Positions 13,275 to 26,663 of a stretch of 64,000 nucleotides of DNA are shown here, piece by piece. The notes beneath the pieces were generated by a model, which did no database searches, was not told the DNA's origin, and saw nothing but the letters and a program-made list of their open reading frames with translations. Both the position numbers and the translations under genes were made by a program. How positions within the stretch are numbered: the stretch's first letter is position 1; every line of letters begins with the position of its first letter. The DNA is from Macrostomum lignano (Eukaryota), in contig NIVC01001908.1 of NCBI GenBank assembly GCA_002269645.1, forward strand, positions 124,001 through 188,000, given 5' to 3'.

Positions 13275-13620
13275 TTGTTTAAGTCTGTGCAAGCTTGTGG
13301 ATTGTTCAAGTTTGTTGATTGTTTAAGTTTGTGGATTGTTCAAGTTTGTGGATTGTTCAAGTTTGTGGATTCTTTAGGTTTGTGTATTGTTCAAGTTTGT
13401 GTATTGTTCAAGTTTGTGGATTGTTCAAGTTTGTGGATTGTTCAAGTTTGTGGATTGTTCAAGTTTGTGGATTGTTCAAGTTTGTGGATTGTTCAAGTTT
13501 GTGGATTGTTCAAGTTTGTGGATTGTTCAAGTTTGTGGATTGTTCAAGTTTGTGGATTGTTCAAGTTTGTGGATTGTTCAAGTTTGTGGATTGTGCAAGT
13601 CTGTGGATTGTTCAAGTTTG
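13275..13620. repeat. 17 bp minisatellite (TTCAAGTTTGTGGATTG), ~20 copies
   Basis: Seen directly. Confidence 0.95.
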
Positions 13621-13797
13621 GGAATTATGAAGATCAGTGCTCACAACTGTTTAACCCATTTAATATAAGTTACATCAAGTAGAATCCAAGTACCGCAGGT
13701 CCGCCCATCGTCTCAGCACTTAATATTTGTTACAAAAATGGCTACATTAACGTGAACATGCGCTCCATCTAAAATCTGCTTTATCGATTGAATACTC

Positions 13798-13925
<128 letters not shown>

Positions 13926-14634
13926 AATTGTAAAGCAAATAAAAGCCAAGAAACTTCAACGAGAAGGCTGCACAAAACATTCCTCATGGTTCCGGGACCC
14001 GCCAGCTAGCTGGGGAGTGCGAAAATACGATTAGCCAGTGTCGGGGCCATTTTGTCCCACTTCTATGACAGTTTGGGAAGGGGAACCGTCTTCCCATACT
14101 TTGATTTGCTCGCCTCTCCCTCTCCCATTTCCAAATTCCAATTCATTGCTCCAGTGACTTCGTTCGTACTGCGCCGAAGGTGAGATGCAGATTAAGGATC
14201 TCGGGGAATTCGGGAGGGAGGAGTAGAGGGAGAGGTCCGGCGCGCGGGATTTAATCCCATTTCGATTCCGCTCCAGCTCGGCTTTTGCGGATCTGAAAGC
14301 GACTCGACCTCTCCTGATTCTCTCTTGCTGTTATCCCCCCACAACTACCCGTCCGGTGTTAGCGAGAAGTCCTTTGCTAAGGTTTTATTCATGGACTCTT
14401 AAACCATTTGGATTGAAAGAAAGCGAGACTAAAGTTTTTAGGTCAGAAATTGCAAAAATAGATAATGCAGCATCTCAAAGTTGAATTGGCTTTGTAATAA
14501 ATTATCATAAATAATTAAGGACTCCCTTAAGTTGTCAGACGAGCTCGTTATGTTCAGGTTAGGGCGGCTGATTAGAGCTTCAGAAAGGTGCCTTTTCGAG
14601 TGCCAAACGCGCAGTCCTCCTGCTGATTAGTATG

Positions 14635-15380
14635 TCAGACAAGGCGCCAATTCGGGTGTCAGAGAGGCGCCAATTCGGGTGTCAGACAAGGCGCCAATTC
14701 GGGTGTCAGAGAGGCGCCAATTCGGGTGTCAGAGAGGCGCCAATTCGGGTGTCTGAAAGGCGCCAATTCGGGTGTCAGAGAGGCGCCAATTCGGGTGTCT
14801 GAGAGGCGCCAATTCGGGTGTCTGAAAGGCGCCAATTCGGGTGTCAGAGAGGCGCCAATTCGGGTGTCTGAGAGGCGCCAATTCGGGTGTCTGAAAGGCG
14901 CCAATTCGGGTGTCAGAGAGGCGCCAATTCGGGTGTCTGAAAGGCACCAATTCGGGTGTCAGAGAGGCGCCAATTCGGGTGTCTGAAAGGCGCCAATTCG
15001 GGTGTCAGAGAGGCGCCAATTCGGGTGTCTGAGAGGCGCCAATTCGGGTGTCTGAAAGGCGCCAATTCGGGTGTCAGAGAGGCGCCAATTCGGGTGTCTG
15101 AGAGGCGCCAATTCGGGTGTCTGAGAGGCGCCAATTCGGGTGTCTGAGAGGCGCCAATTCGGGTGTCTGAGAGGCGCCAATTCGGGTGTCTGAAAGGCGC
15201 CAATTCGGGTGTCAGAGAGGCGCCAATTCGGGTATCTGAGAGGCGCCAATTCGGGTGTCAGAGAGGCGCCAATTCGGGTGTCTGAAAGGCGCCAATTCGG
15301 GTGTCAGAGAGACGCCAATTTGGGTGTCAGAGAGGCGCCAATTCGGGTGTCAGAGAGGCGCTAGTTTAAGTGTCAGAGAG
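14635..15380. repeat. 23 bp minisatellite (GTCAGAGAGGCGCCAATTCGGGT), ~32 copies
   Basis: Seen directly; variants gtcagaga, gtctgaga, gtctgaaa. Confidence 0.97.
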
Positions 15381-16977
15381 GTGCCAAGTCCCGAGTCTCA
15401 AATCTCACAATGAGATTAGAGATGGGAGCAAGGAGTGTCAGACAGACAGGAATAGAATCGATGTTCTCAATCCTCCGTCTGCTGGGACGGATCGGATCGG
15501 TCGTCAAAACAGCCGCTGTATGACTGACAACTCCCAGCCCTACTCCACTAGCCCAAGGATTGGCATAACCAAATCAATGATGCAAGGAAGCTGTTTGCTC
15601 ATAGTGTCTGCATGGCCCAGCCGTTCAAATAGGCTTCATCAAGCTTAATACACATACTTCTACAACCGGTTTTAAGCTATAAATTTATATCCTATCTATC
15701 AATATATCAATCAATAAGTAAGGCACTTTTCTCCTTGGTCCGGCACAAGCTAACGGAGTGCAGATTTCTAGGAATTGCCTGTTCAGCTAAACTGATCAGT
15801 TTATGCGCAGTTCGTCTCTGGCAGCAGTGAAGAGCTCCAGTCTGCTAAGGGGGGGGCTGTCTAATTTAGTTAGAGCGGCTCAATCCTCCGGCGTGTATTT
15901 GCTCCTCAGCGGCTGATTAGGTTCCGGGGAAAATACTTGTTTGCGATCCGAGAGGTCGAGCTTAAGACGCTTGGCTCATGCAGTTTGAGCAGCTCAGATG
16001 CACGGATGAGATTGAGTTTACTGGCTCACTTTTCCGATTGTAAATTTCCCAGAGCGAGAACCGCCGCCAGATAGGAGGGGATCCAATCCTCTGTGTTTTT
16101 CTTGACCCCCATCGCATGCAGCTGCACTCCTTGCTAAAGCCAAGGCCGATGTAAACCCTGTGTGAGCGTGGGCATGAGTACACCCGCAGCCCTCCTTCGA
16201 ATATTGATGATTATATAAGAAGTTACGATGAGGAGCCTGCCAGCTGAAGTGTCAGCTGAGGCGTCAAAGTTTTGGGTTTCGCCCTCCGCAAGACACACGA
16301 TTTTCACCGAGGCATCGGGAGAGGGGGACCTCTTTTCTCAGAAATCTTACAGCAGTTTCTGGCATGAAATCATTCTGTCTCATTTATTTTTTCAACTCCA
16401 ATACCGACTCAAACTCCAATATTCATCAAAATGGCGGCTGGACAGCTTAAGAGAGAGCTTATAAGAGAGAGAGGATGACGGACCGGGGTCTAAAGCTGTT
16501 TTCATTCGCCCCAGCTGTCCCACCCTCAGTTACGTCACGACGGCAGCGGATGGGGGTGTGGCAGTCGTTGACGCGACTGGACGGGTTCCCTAACGGGTTT
16601 TCCCTTTCTTCTCTCCCAAGCATTCCCCCCGCTTCCTCCCACTCAATTCTGCCCCCCCCCCCCACAGCGGTGCTCTACTAATCGGTTGTGGCAATCAGTT
16701 CAATTGAAATTATAGGCCCCCTGAGGGCGAGAGTTCTCCTCAATCCTGGGCTCAGGGATGAGAGTGAGGGATTCGCTGCTTGGCTCTGAAGCAGCGGCTT
16801 CTCTGTGGGCTTGTCTGCTGCTATTCTGACGGGCAGCTCACTAATCCCGCGTCTCCGGCCGGTCCAGGGGATTCTAAGAAATCTCGGCTGTATTTGCGTT
16901 GTGCTTGGGGTTGGAGGATTATTTTGTGTAGATCTGTCTGTCTGCTTTCATGTCTTAGTGTTTGTCTATTTTAATGC

Positions 16978-17198
<221 letters not shown>

Positions 17199-17548
17199 CG
17201 CGAAAAGGCCCGACTGTCAAAGCAGACTGATGGACGCAGCCAGATAAAATTATATTCAGTCTGAATCGAGAGTGACAGTGGATTTCCAGTCGCGCAGGAA
17301 ATGCGATTCCACTTTAAACTTTTCTCCTATTCCGGCTTCACTTCTCCATCTTCTTCTTTTACTAGTCTAGTTATTTGCTTCCGCTGGGGGGCGGATTGCT
17401 GCTGCCAGCCGCCACTGACCCCCGGCGCTTTGGCCATCATCGGCTCCTGCCAGCTGGGAGTGGGGATGAAGGAGAGAGAGAGAGTGGGTGAGGCTGCGAA
17501 GGAAGTGTGAACCCGTGTTATGTCGCACGTCAGTCAGCCTCAGTCTGA

Positions 17549-17560
17549 AGTCACGTGACT
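17549..17560. promoter_or_regulatory. Palindromic extended E-box AGTCACGTGACT (USF/MiT-TFE type), upstream of the protocadherin
   Basis: 12-bp perfect palindrome; function is inferred only. Confidence 0.25.
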
Positions 17561-18139
17561 TGGCCGCTGCCCCCCTCCATCTGGCGGCAGATAGCCCAGG
17601 CCAGCTCCATCTTCAGCCCCAGCTGACAAAAGAACTGAACTGGCAATTTTGAGTTGAGAACTTGGGAGATAATGAGATAGAAGGGAACAAAGACTACTGA
17701 CTGCTCCAGCGTAGATTAATGCCGGTCATTGCTGGGAATTATTGCCCACTTCCTGAGCCTTAATGGGCAGGAGGGATAACTGATACGGCGCGATGGGGAG
17801 AATGAGTCAATCGGAGGGTGCAGGGCTGAATTGACAGTTTTATTGTCTTCTGTGACTTCGATCTGCTCATGGGGTACGATGGGATGTGATAGGATTGCGA
17901 TTCACATTCTGTTCAGTGGGAAGTTTCTTTTTTTCGGCGCTAATGCAGTTCCTTCCGCACAGGTATGAAGCTTTTAAAACCCCAATTGAAGCATCTGACA
18001 CCTGGAAATTGCAGGAAGTTAGTCAGCTAGGTAATTGTCTGCAAAATCTGTCTTGAGGAAAAATTTTTATTGTCCCATTTTCTCGTACTGAAGGCAGATT
18101 ATATAAATGCTGTGCATATGCATCGAACCAAGCATTAGG

Positions 18140-18426
18140 ACCAAAAATACGGGGGCTGTGTGCACCTTGGCGCACTTTAGGCGGCATTGTTACACAACCG
18201 CGAATACGCAAGTAGTCATACAGGAGTGCACAGCATCCCTAACTTATTTAACGTTAGGCATGTACACTTCACTGCGCCTTGGGGGTTGGCCGTTAATTGC
18301 ACAATCAGAGCCAAGCCGAGATTCCAATTCAACCACAAATTAATGCGACTGCACTTGGAATCGAGCCTGGGCCGCTCGTACACAAGAGCGCTGCGCTCTA
18401 GACCACTGGGCTACGCCCCCCCCCCC
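18140..18426 (-). mobile_element. tRNA-derived SINE, copy 2 (shorter body)
   Basis: Minus-strand head GGGGGCGTAGCCCAGTGGTCTAGAGCGC...CAGGCTCGATTCC with A and B boxes; body matches the other two copies but lacks ~70 bp. Confidence 0.82.
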
Positions 18427-19504
18427 AGTGACACACCAACGCATACAGTTGAAACCAAGAACTCGGCCACCATGACACAGCAATTGTCTACAGAAATTGA
18501 GATGCTGAACACAAAAAACCACGCATAACTTTTAAGATCGAGCTTCCAGAATTAACAATAAAAGTGGCGTTTATGAAGTCTGCAAGTGCAGCGTACTGGG
18601 CCCCCAGAAATAGGAACTGAAGTTCACACGACCTCTGCCTTGGCTGTCAAGCACTGACAGCGAAGCCTTCCAGATGAATTGCGCCTCACCCGGAAGCAGC
18701 AGTGAAGACGCTTCAAGTTCCAGCTGATAACAAGGAGGCTGGGTTGCCCCTGTCAAACTTTCCCCCTCTCCTAAACCTGAGAGATAATTGGCAAGGACTG
18801 GAGCCCCGGACCACAAGTGTTTGCAGCCTTAGGGGCGCCGTGTGCTGGCTATGCGATGGACTAAGAAACCTGAGCGTGGTGTCAATCTGGGACTTAAGAG
18901 GGCAAACCGTTGCTTTCCACCCGAGGCCGTAGATAGCTATCTTTAATTCACCCAACCATCTTGATGATGATGACGGGGGGGGGGAAGCTTTGCTGTGCAG
19001 CTTTTGTTTATCGGTCAGTATCTGGGGGAAAGGGTCATCTCAGAGTTCGCAATCAAGGGTGAATCAGCTGTTGCAACAGAGCAAAAATAATCAATAGTTG
19101 GTGTAGATAGTTCTGGCTGGCAGGTTTTTACCTGTAAAACAGTCAGTGTGAAACTATCAAGGAATTGAAGAGGCAGACAGAAAATTTAATTAAATTTCCA
19201 TGTTCAAAAATTAGATGTACTTTAATCGATTATGCTCGGTTTTTCGAATGCGCCCCAGTAGTTAGGCGGAAGTGGCTGCCAGAGAGCGATGATGGGAGCG
19301 AGATAAACAGAATGCCGCACGTGAGGATTTTAGCCGGGTTGCTGGGCAGAAGAACATCGGCACTCCAATTCCGCCCAAGGCTCGCCGCAATCTGGCATTG
19401 GAACTTGACTTCTTCTGAAACGGGGTGAAACAAGAATTAAATCCCGTTTTTTATGTTACCGAGGAAAGCTGGCATGAAATCCCCGAGTGGGGACTTCTAT
19501 AGAT

Positions 19505-20452
19505 ACCTGGCCTGGAAGTAGACCCGATTAAGGCTAAGGACCTCTGGTTTACTTGGCCTGGAAGTAGACCCGATTAAGGCTAAGGATCTCTGGTTTACTT
19601 GGCCTGGAAGTAGACCCGATTAAGGCTAAGGACCTCTGGTTTACTTGGCCTGGAAGTAGACCCGATTAAGGCTTAAGGATCTCTGGTTTACCTGGCCTAG
19701 AAGTAGACCCGATTAAGGCTAAGGAGCTCTGGATTACCTGGCCTGGAAGTAGACCCGATTAAGGCTAAGGACCTCTGGTTTACTTGGCCTGGAAGTAGAC
19801 CCGATTAAGGCTTAAGGACCTCTGGTTTACCTGGCCTGGAAGTAGACCCGATTAAGGCTAAGGAGCTCTGGATTACCTGGCCTGGAAGTAGACCCGATTG
19901 AGGCTAAGGATCACTGGTTTACCTGGCCTGGAAGTAGACCCGATTGAGGCTAAGGATCTCTGGTTTACCTGGCCTGGAAGTAGACCCGATTGAGGCTAAG
20001 GATCTCTGGTTTACCTGGCCTGGAAGTAGACCCGATTGAGGCTAAGGATCTCTGGTTTACCTGGCCTAGAAGTAGACCCAATTGAGGCTAAGGATCTCTG
20101 GTTTACCTGGCCTGGAAGTAGACCCGATTGAGGCTAAGGATCTCTGGTTTACTTGGCCTGGAAGTAGACCCGATTGAGGCTAAGGATCTCTGGTTTACTT
20201 GGCCTGGAAGTAGACCCGATTAAAGCTAAGGACCTCTGGTTTACTTGGCCTGGAAGTAGACCCGATTGAGGCTAAGGATCTCTGGTTTACTTGGCCTGGA
20301 AGTAGACCCGATTGAGGCTAAGGATCTCTGGTTTACTTGGCCTGGAAGTAGACCCGATTGAGGCTAAGGACCTCTGGTTTACTTGGCCTGGAAGTAGACC
20401 CAATTAAGGCTAAGGACCTCTGGTTTACTTGGCCTAGAAGTATACCCCATTA
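19505..20452. repeat. 46 bp minisatellite (ACCTGGCCTGGAAGTAGACCCGATTAAGGCTAAGGACCTCTGGTTT), ~20 copies
   Basis: Period 46 measured (19515 to 19561). Confidence 0.97.
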
Positions 20453-21463
20453 ATGGAAAGGGACCTCTAGTTTTCCGGTCTCAAGAATTCGAAGGCTTCG
20501 AAAAATCGAGCAAATGCGAGTTGGAAATGCCGAGAGTCGATCGGCAGCAGTGCAGTCAGTTTTGTAGATTTTTAGCCTTCAAGGGATTCGGGGCGTACGA
20601 CAAAGAGGGGGGGGGGTTCCGAGCTCAGTGAGGCAGCGTTCCGTGACGGCTTGTCAGCTCGCGTCAACTTCCATACTCGTCATTTTTATCCGCCCCCACA
20701 CCCAACCCCCACCCCACTCTCCGACTCCGATTTCACTTATTTTGTTCCAGCTTCCCGACGCCTCATATCTGCTGCTGCAATTGAGAACTAGGGCGAGATA
20801 TATTATTTGCCGAGCTCCAAGTCTGCCTTCTTATCTCTCGTCTCGAAAGCTCATCTTTTCAAAGTTTCATTCTCTCCAGAGTCTGCGCCTCATCCGATAA
20901 GCTCTATAGACTTTGAATTGACTTTTATTTTATTGCGTAACAACAATACCAAAGTTGACAGTAGTAAATCTGTCTCCTTAGCAACAGTATTGACATTTGA
21001 CGTCAGTTGAGTGTCAGATAAAACTTCTCCGATAGTTTTCTAGGCAAGATTTCTTAAGACCTTCGACCTGAGGGTGGCCAACTACTCTTCAAAATGGGAA
21101 GCTTATTGTACGGGAAAGTCCGCTTGGTTTCTGCGAGTCGAATGTGGAAATGAGAAATTTCTGCCAGATTGAATTCTTCAGATAGTCAGAGATTGCAAAT
21201 AAACAGTCGATGCGATTTCCAGCTAGTTCGGCTCTGCTTTCATTTCAACTCGGCCCGCAGTTTTCACCGGCTTCTCCACCCACCCCGGAGATTGTTGCCT
21301 GGTCTGTTCGAGCGCCCGGTTGGCGCTGCGCAAACAGAATAAAAACTTGTGCCGTGTGTTTGGCCTCGGGGAGGCGCTGCTGAGGGCGCGGGAGGGGTTG
21401 TCGCGGGGTGGATCGAATAAAGGTGTTGGACCAGGTTCGAAAAAGGAGAATCTACTTACCTAC

Positions 21464-22516
<1,053 letters not shown>

Positions 22517-23359
22517 AGACAAAGCAAACCCTGGATAGCTGATTGATGACATCCTAATATTTAGGTATTGGTGACCCACTTTGTGAAAGCAGTCCTTCGG
22601 ACACCCCAGCACCCAGTCATTCCTAGCGCAGTCACCTCAGTTAAGTGCAGTTTATTTATTTTTAACAGCTCGTGCCCAAGCACCCCCAGGAAGTGTGCGT
22701 GACAAGACGGCTGGGCCAAAATGGCTTGACAGCATATAATATATAATTTACACAATAGTCACACTATCGCACTGTTCACGCTTGTCAGTCACTTTCACTC
22801 GCACCTGTCACCTGGATGCCGGATGACTCAATCGTATAGCAGCATAGCCCTTCCTCACCATCCAGAAAACCTTGTTGCTCTTCTAGACTTTGCTGCATGG
22901 AGGCCCAGGCTCTGGACTGAGGAGGCAAGAGCCCTTCCTGCCCCTTGTATTCATCTCCTCTCGCTTTCAAAATCCCCCTGAATAAAAGAAAAATGGGATA
23001 CGCTTTCCCTCCTCCCAAGCCCACTTGTCCCAAGGAAAGGAAAGTGTGACGCAATGGCAGCTATGGCTGGTCAAGTTCTCAAGTTCCTCCCATCCTTAGC
23101 GCAGCCCTGAAGCCTATTTGGCACCATAAATATACCTAATAACCACACAGTTTCTAAATTTCAATATGCTCTTCTCAAACTGCTTAGGCTATTTTCTCTT
23201 TTCTGATTTTGAGAAATTTTTCAAGAAAAATATGAGACTGTGCTTAAGAGTTTGAGGATTTTGTATTAAAATTAGATTGCAAATACAGGGATTTCTGGAT
23301 TTTAGGACTGTTTGTTTTTATCGATCAGTTAAACAGCTTTTATATTGGACCCTCATAGC

Positions 23360-24872
23360 TCACTCACAATGACCATCATAGCCCCTTTACAATTACTATC
23401 ATAGCCCCTTTACAATTACTATCATAGCCCCTTTACAATTACTATCATAGCCCCCTAACAATGACCATCATAGCCCCTTTACAATTACTATCATAGCCCC
23501 TTTACAATTACTATCATAGCCCCTTTACAATGACCATCATAGCCCCTTTACAATTACTATCATAGCCCCCTAACAATGACCATCATAGCCCCTTTACAAT
23601 GACCATCATAGCCCCTTTACAATTACTATCATAGCCCCCTAACAATGACCATCATAGCCCCTTTACAATTACTATCATAGCCCCTAACAATGACCATCAT
23701 AGCCCCTTTACAATGACCATCATAGCCCCTTTACAATTACTATCATAGCCCCTAACAATGACCATCATAGCCCCTTTACAATTACTATCATAGCCCCCTA
23801 ACAATGACCATCATAGCCCCTTTACAATGACCATCATAGCCCCTTTACAATTACTATCATAGCCCCCTAACAATGACCATCATAGCCCCTTTACAATTAC
23901 TATCATAGCCCCCTAACAATGACCATCATAGCCCCTTTACAATGACCATCATAGCCCCTTTACAATTACTATCATAGCCCCCTAACAATGACCATCATAG
24001 CCCCTTTACAATGACCATCATAGCCCCTTTACAATTACTATCATAGCCCCCTAACAATGACCATCATAGCCCCTTTACAATTACTATCATAGCCCCTAAC
24101 AATGACCATCATAGCCCCTTTACAATGACCATCATAGCCCCTTTACAATTACTATCATAGCCCCCTAACAATGACCATCATAGCCCCTTTACAATTACTA
24201 TCATAGCCCCCCTCACAATGACCATCATAGCCCCCTCACAATGACCAGCATAGCCCCCTCACAATGACCAGCATAGCCCCCTCACAATGACCATCATAGC
24301 CCCCTCACAATGACCAGCATAGCCCCCTCACAATGACCAGCATAGCCCCCTCACAATGACCAGCATAGCCCCCTCACAATGACCAGCATAGCCCCCTCAC
24401 AATGACCAGCATAGCCCCCTCACAATGACCATCATAGCCCCCTCACAATGACCAGCATAGCCCCCTCACAATGACCAGCATAGCCCCCTCACAATGACCA
24501 GCATAGCCCCCTCACAATGACCAGCATAGCCCCCTCACAATGACCATCATAGCCCCCTCACAATGACCAGCATAGCCCCCTCACAATGACCAGCATAGCC
24601 CCCTCACAATGACCAGCATAGCCCCCTCACAATGACCATCATAGCCCCTCACAATGACCAGCATAGCCCCCTCACAATGACCAGCATAGCCCCCTCACGA
24701 TGACCAGCATAGCCCCCTCACAATGACCATCATAGCCCCTCACAATGACCAGCATAGCCCCCTCACAATGACCAGCATAGCCCCCTCACAATGACCAGCA
24801 TAGCCCCCTCACAATGACCAGCATAGCCCCCTCACAATGACCATCATAGCCCCCTCACAATGACCATCATAG
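23360..24872. repeat. 22-23 bp minisatellite (CATAGCCCC..ACAAT....), two sequence domains
   Basis: Left units CATAGCCCCTTTACAATTACTAT and CATAGCCCCCTAACAATGACCAT; right units CATAGCCCCCTCACAATGACCAG. Confidence 0.97.
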
Positions 24873-25309
24873 CAGGTCTCCAAGGTCTGATTTCTCAGAA
24901 GCGGACTTGTGGGAGGCGAGAAAGCGGGACAGAAAGACGAGCTTAGCTAATTTAAAATTTCAATAACTTCTTCTGGTTCTTGAAGAACACGGGACCAGCT
25001 GGTACCCCCCCCCCAACCACCCGGGGCCCTCTACCCAGATTCAGCAGCTGCGGCGCGGTAGAAGAGGGTCCTCGTAACTCCAAGCTGCCTCTTTCCTCAG
25101 ACAGGAAACTCTCTAGACTATTGAGATACGTTGAAGCCATCTATCTGGAGACTGCTAATTGGTCGAATGGGCTTCGACTCTTGAAATAGTTGAGAGCCGC
25201 TCTTTGTTCTAGAAAAGAGAAAATTCTAATCCAGAAGATTACGAATGTAAAAAGCTATTCGGAAGCCTTCAGTTCGGAGACTTAGCCAAATCCAGTCAAA
25301 TGGAGGCAA

Positions 25310-25750
25310 ATCTAGTCTAATGGCGACAAATCTAGTCTAATGGCGCCAAATCTAGTCTAATGGCGTCAAAGCTTAATTAGTCCAATGGCGCCAAATCTAG
25401 TTTAACGGCGCCAAATCTAGTCTAATGGCGCCAAATCTAGTTTAATAGCGCCAAATCTAATCCAATGGCACCAAATCTAATCTAATGTCGCCAAATCTAG
25501 CCTAATGACGCTAAATCTAGTCTAATGGCGTCAATTCTAGTCTAATGGCGCCAAATATAGTTTAATGGCGCCAAATCTAGTCCAAAGGCACCAAATCTAG
25601 TCTAATGGCGCCATTTTAGTCTAATGGCGCCAGTTCTAGTCTAATGGCGCCAAATCTAATCTAATGGCGCCAAATCTAGTTTAATGACGCTAAATCTAGT
25701 CTAATGGCGCCAAGGCTAATCCACTGGCGCTAAAGCTAGTCCAATGGCAC
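25310..25750. repeat. 20 bp minisatellite (ATGGCGCCAAATCTAGTCTA), ~21 copies
   Basis: Seen directly. Confidence 0.93.
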
Positions 25751-26299
25751 CAAGATTAAGTCACCAGAAGTATTTAATTCCTTGGAAGCCACAAAGATCC
25801 GCACGAGATCAGCCGTAAGTAATAATGCCGAGAAACTCAACCTCAGAGGCCTCTCCAATAACAGTGCAGTCGCACTTGCCGAGCAACTGTGGCCAAGGAA
25901 GTCCTTCATGCGGGGCTTCCGAATGCTTCCAGTGGCAGCGCTGAGGGTGGTGTGAGAACTGAGGAAATTCTGTATTTGACTACGTGGCAAATGTCAATAT
26001 TCAGGCGAGCCGCGCAGTGCAATTCCAAGGATTTTTGGGGTGGCTGCAGCATGGATTTGGCGGCTGCTGCTGCTTCTAAAAGAGGGAAAGAAAAAACTGG
26101 ATGGGAAATGCATTGCCCGTATAGTAGTGATGCTAAAAATGAAGGTGTACTCCTGTAGATGCCAGGTTATAAAATATTTACCGAGGCAGCTCCCAGCAGA
26201 TTAAAATATCTTAACTGACAAGTTTTGATTTCAAACTGACTGACTGACGGGTCAGAAGAAGCTTCAATGCTGTTTAAGAGTCAGAATTGTATTGTGTGT

Positions 26300-26625
26300 C
26301 AGGCGGGGATGTCAGACAACCTTGAGAGAGTCAGGCAGGGATTTCAGACAACCTTGAGATAGTCAGAAGGGGATGTCAGACAACCTTGAGAGAGTCAGAC
26401 GGGGATGTCAGACATCCTTGAGAGAGTCAGGAGGGGATGTCAGACAACCTTGAGAGAGTCAGACGGGGATGTCAGACATCCTTGAGAGAGTCAGGCAGGG
26501 ATTTCAGACAACCTTGAGAGAATCAGGCGAGGATGTCAGACAGCCTTGAGAGAGTCAGGCGGGGATGTCAGACAACTTTGAGAGAGTCAAACAGAAATGT
26601 CAGACAACCTTGAGAGAGTCAGAGG
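26300..26625. repeat. 32 bp minisatellite (GTCAGACAACCTTGAGAGAGTCAGRCGGGGAT) abutting the first protocadherin coding exon
   Basis: Period 32 measured (26312, 26344, 26376); explains the spurious N-terminal extension of ORF 26565. Confidence 0.93.
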
Positions 26626-26663
26626 CCAGCTGCACACACCTGCTTCTCCCTCTGCAACAGGTG

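Noticed and set aside
24950-26160. Penelope GIY-YIG-like fragments (YVEAIYL...)
   Set aside because: Similarity too short and vague to support without a search
26565-26660. N-terminal extension MSDNFERVKQ... of the protocadherin ORF
   Set aside because: It derives from the 32-bp array; a strong acceptor at 26660 and a signal peptide just after it define the real start
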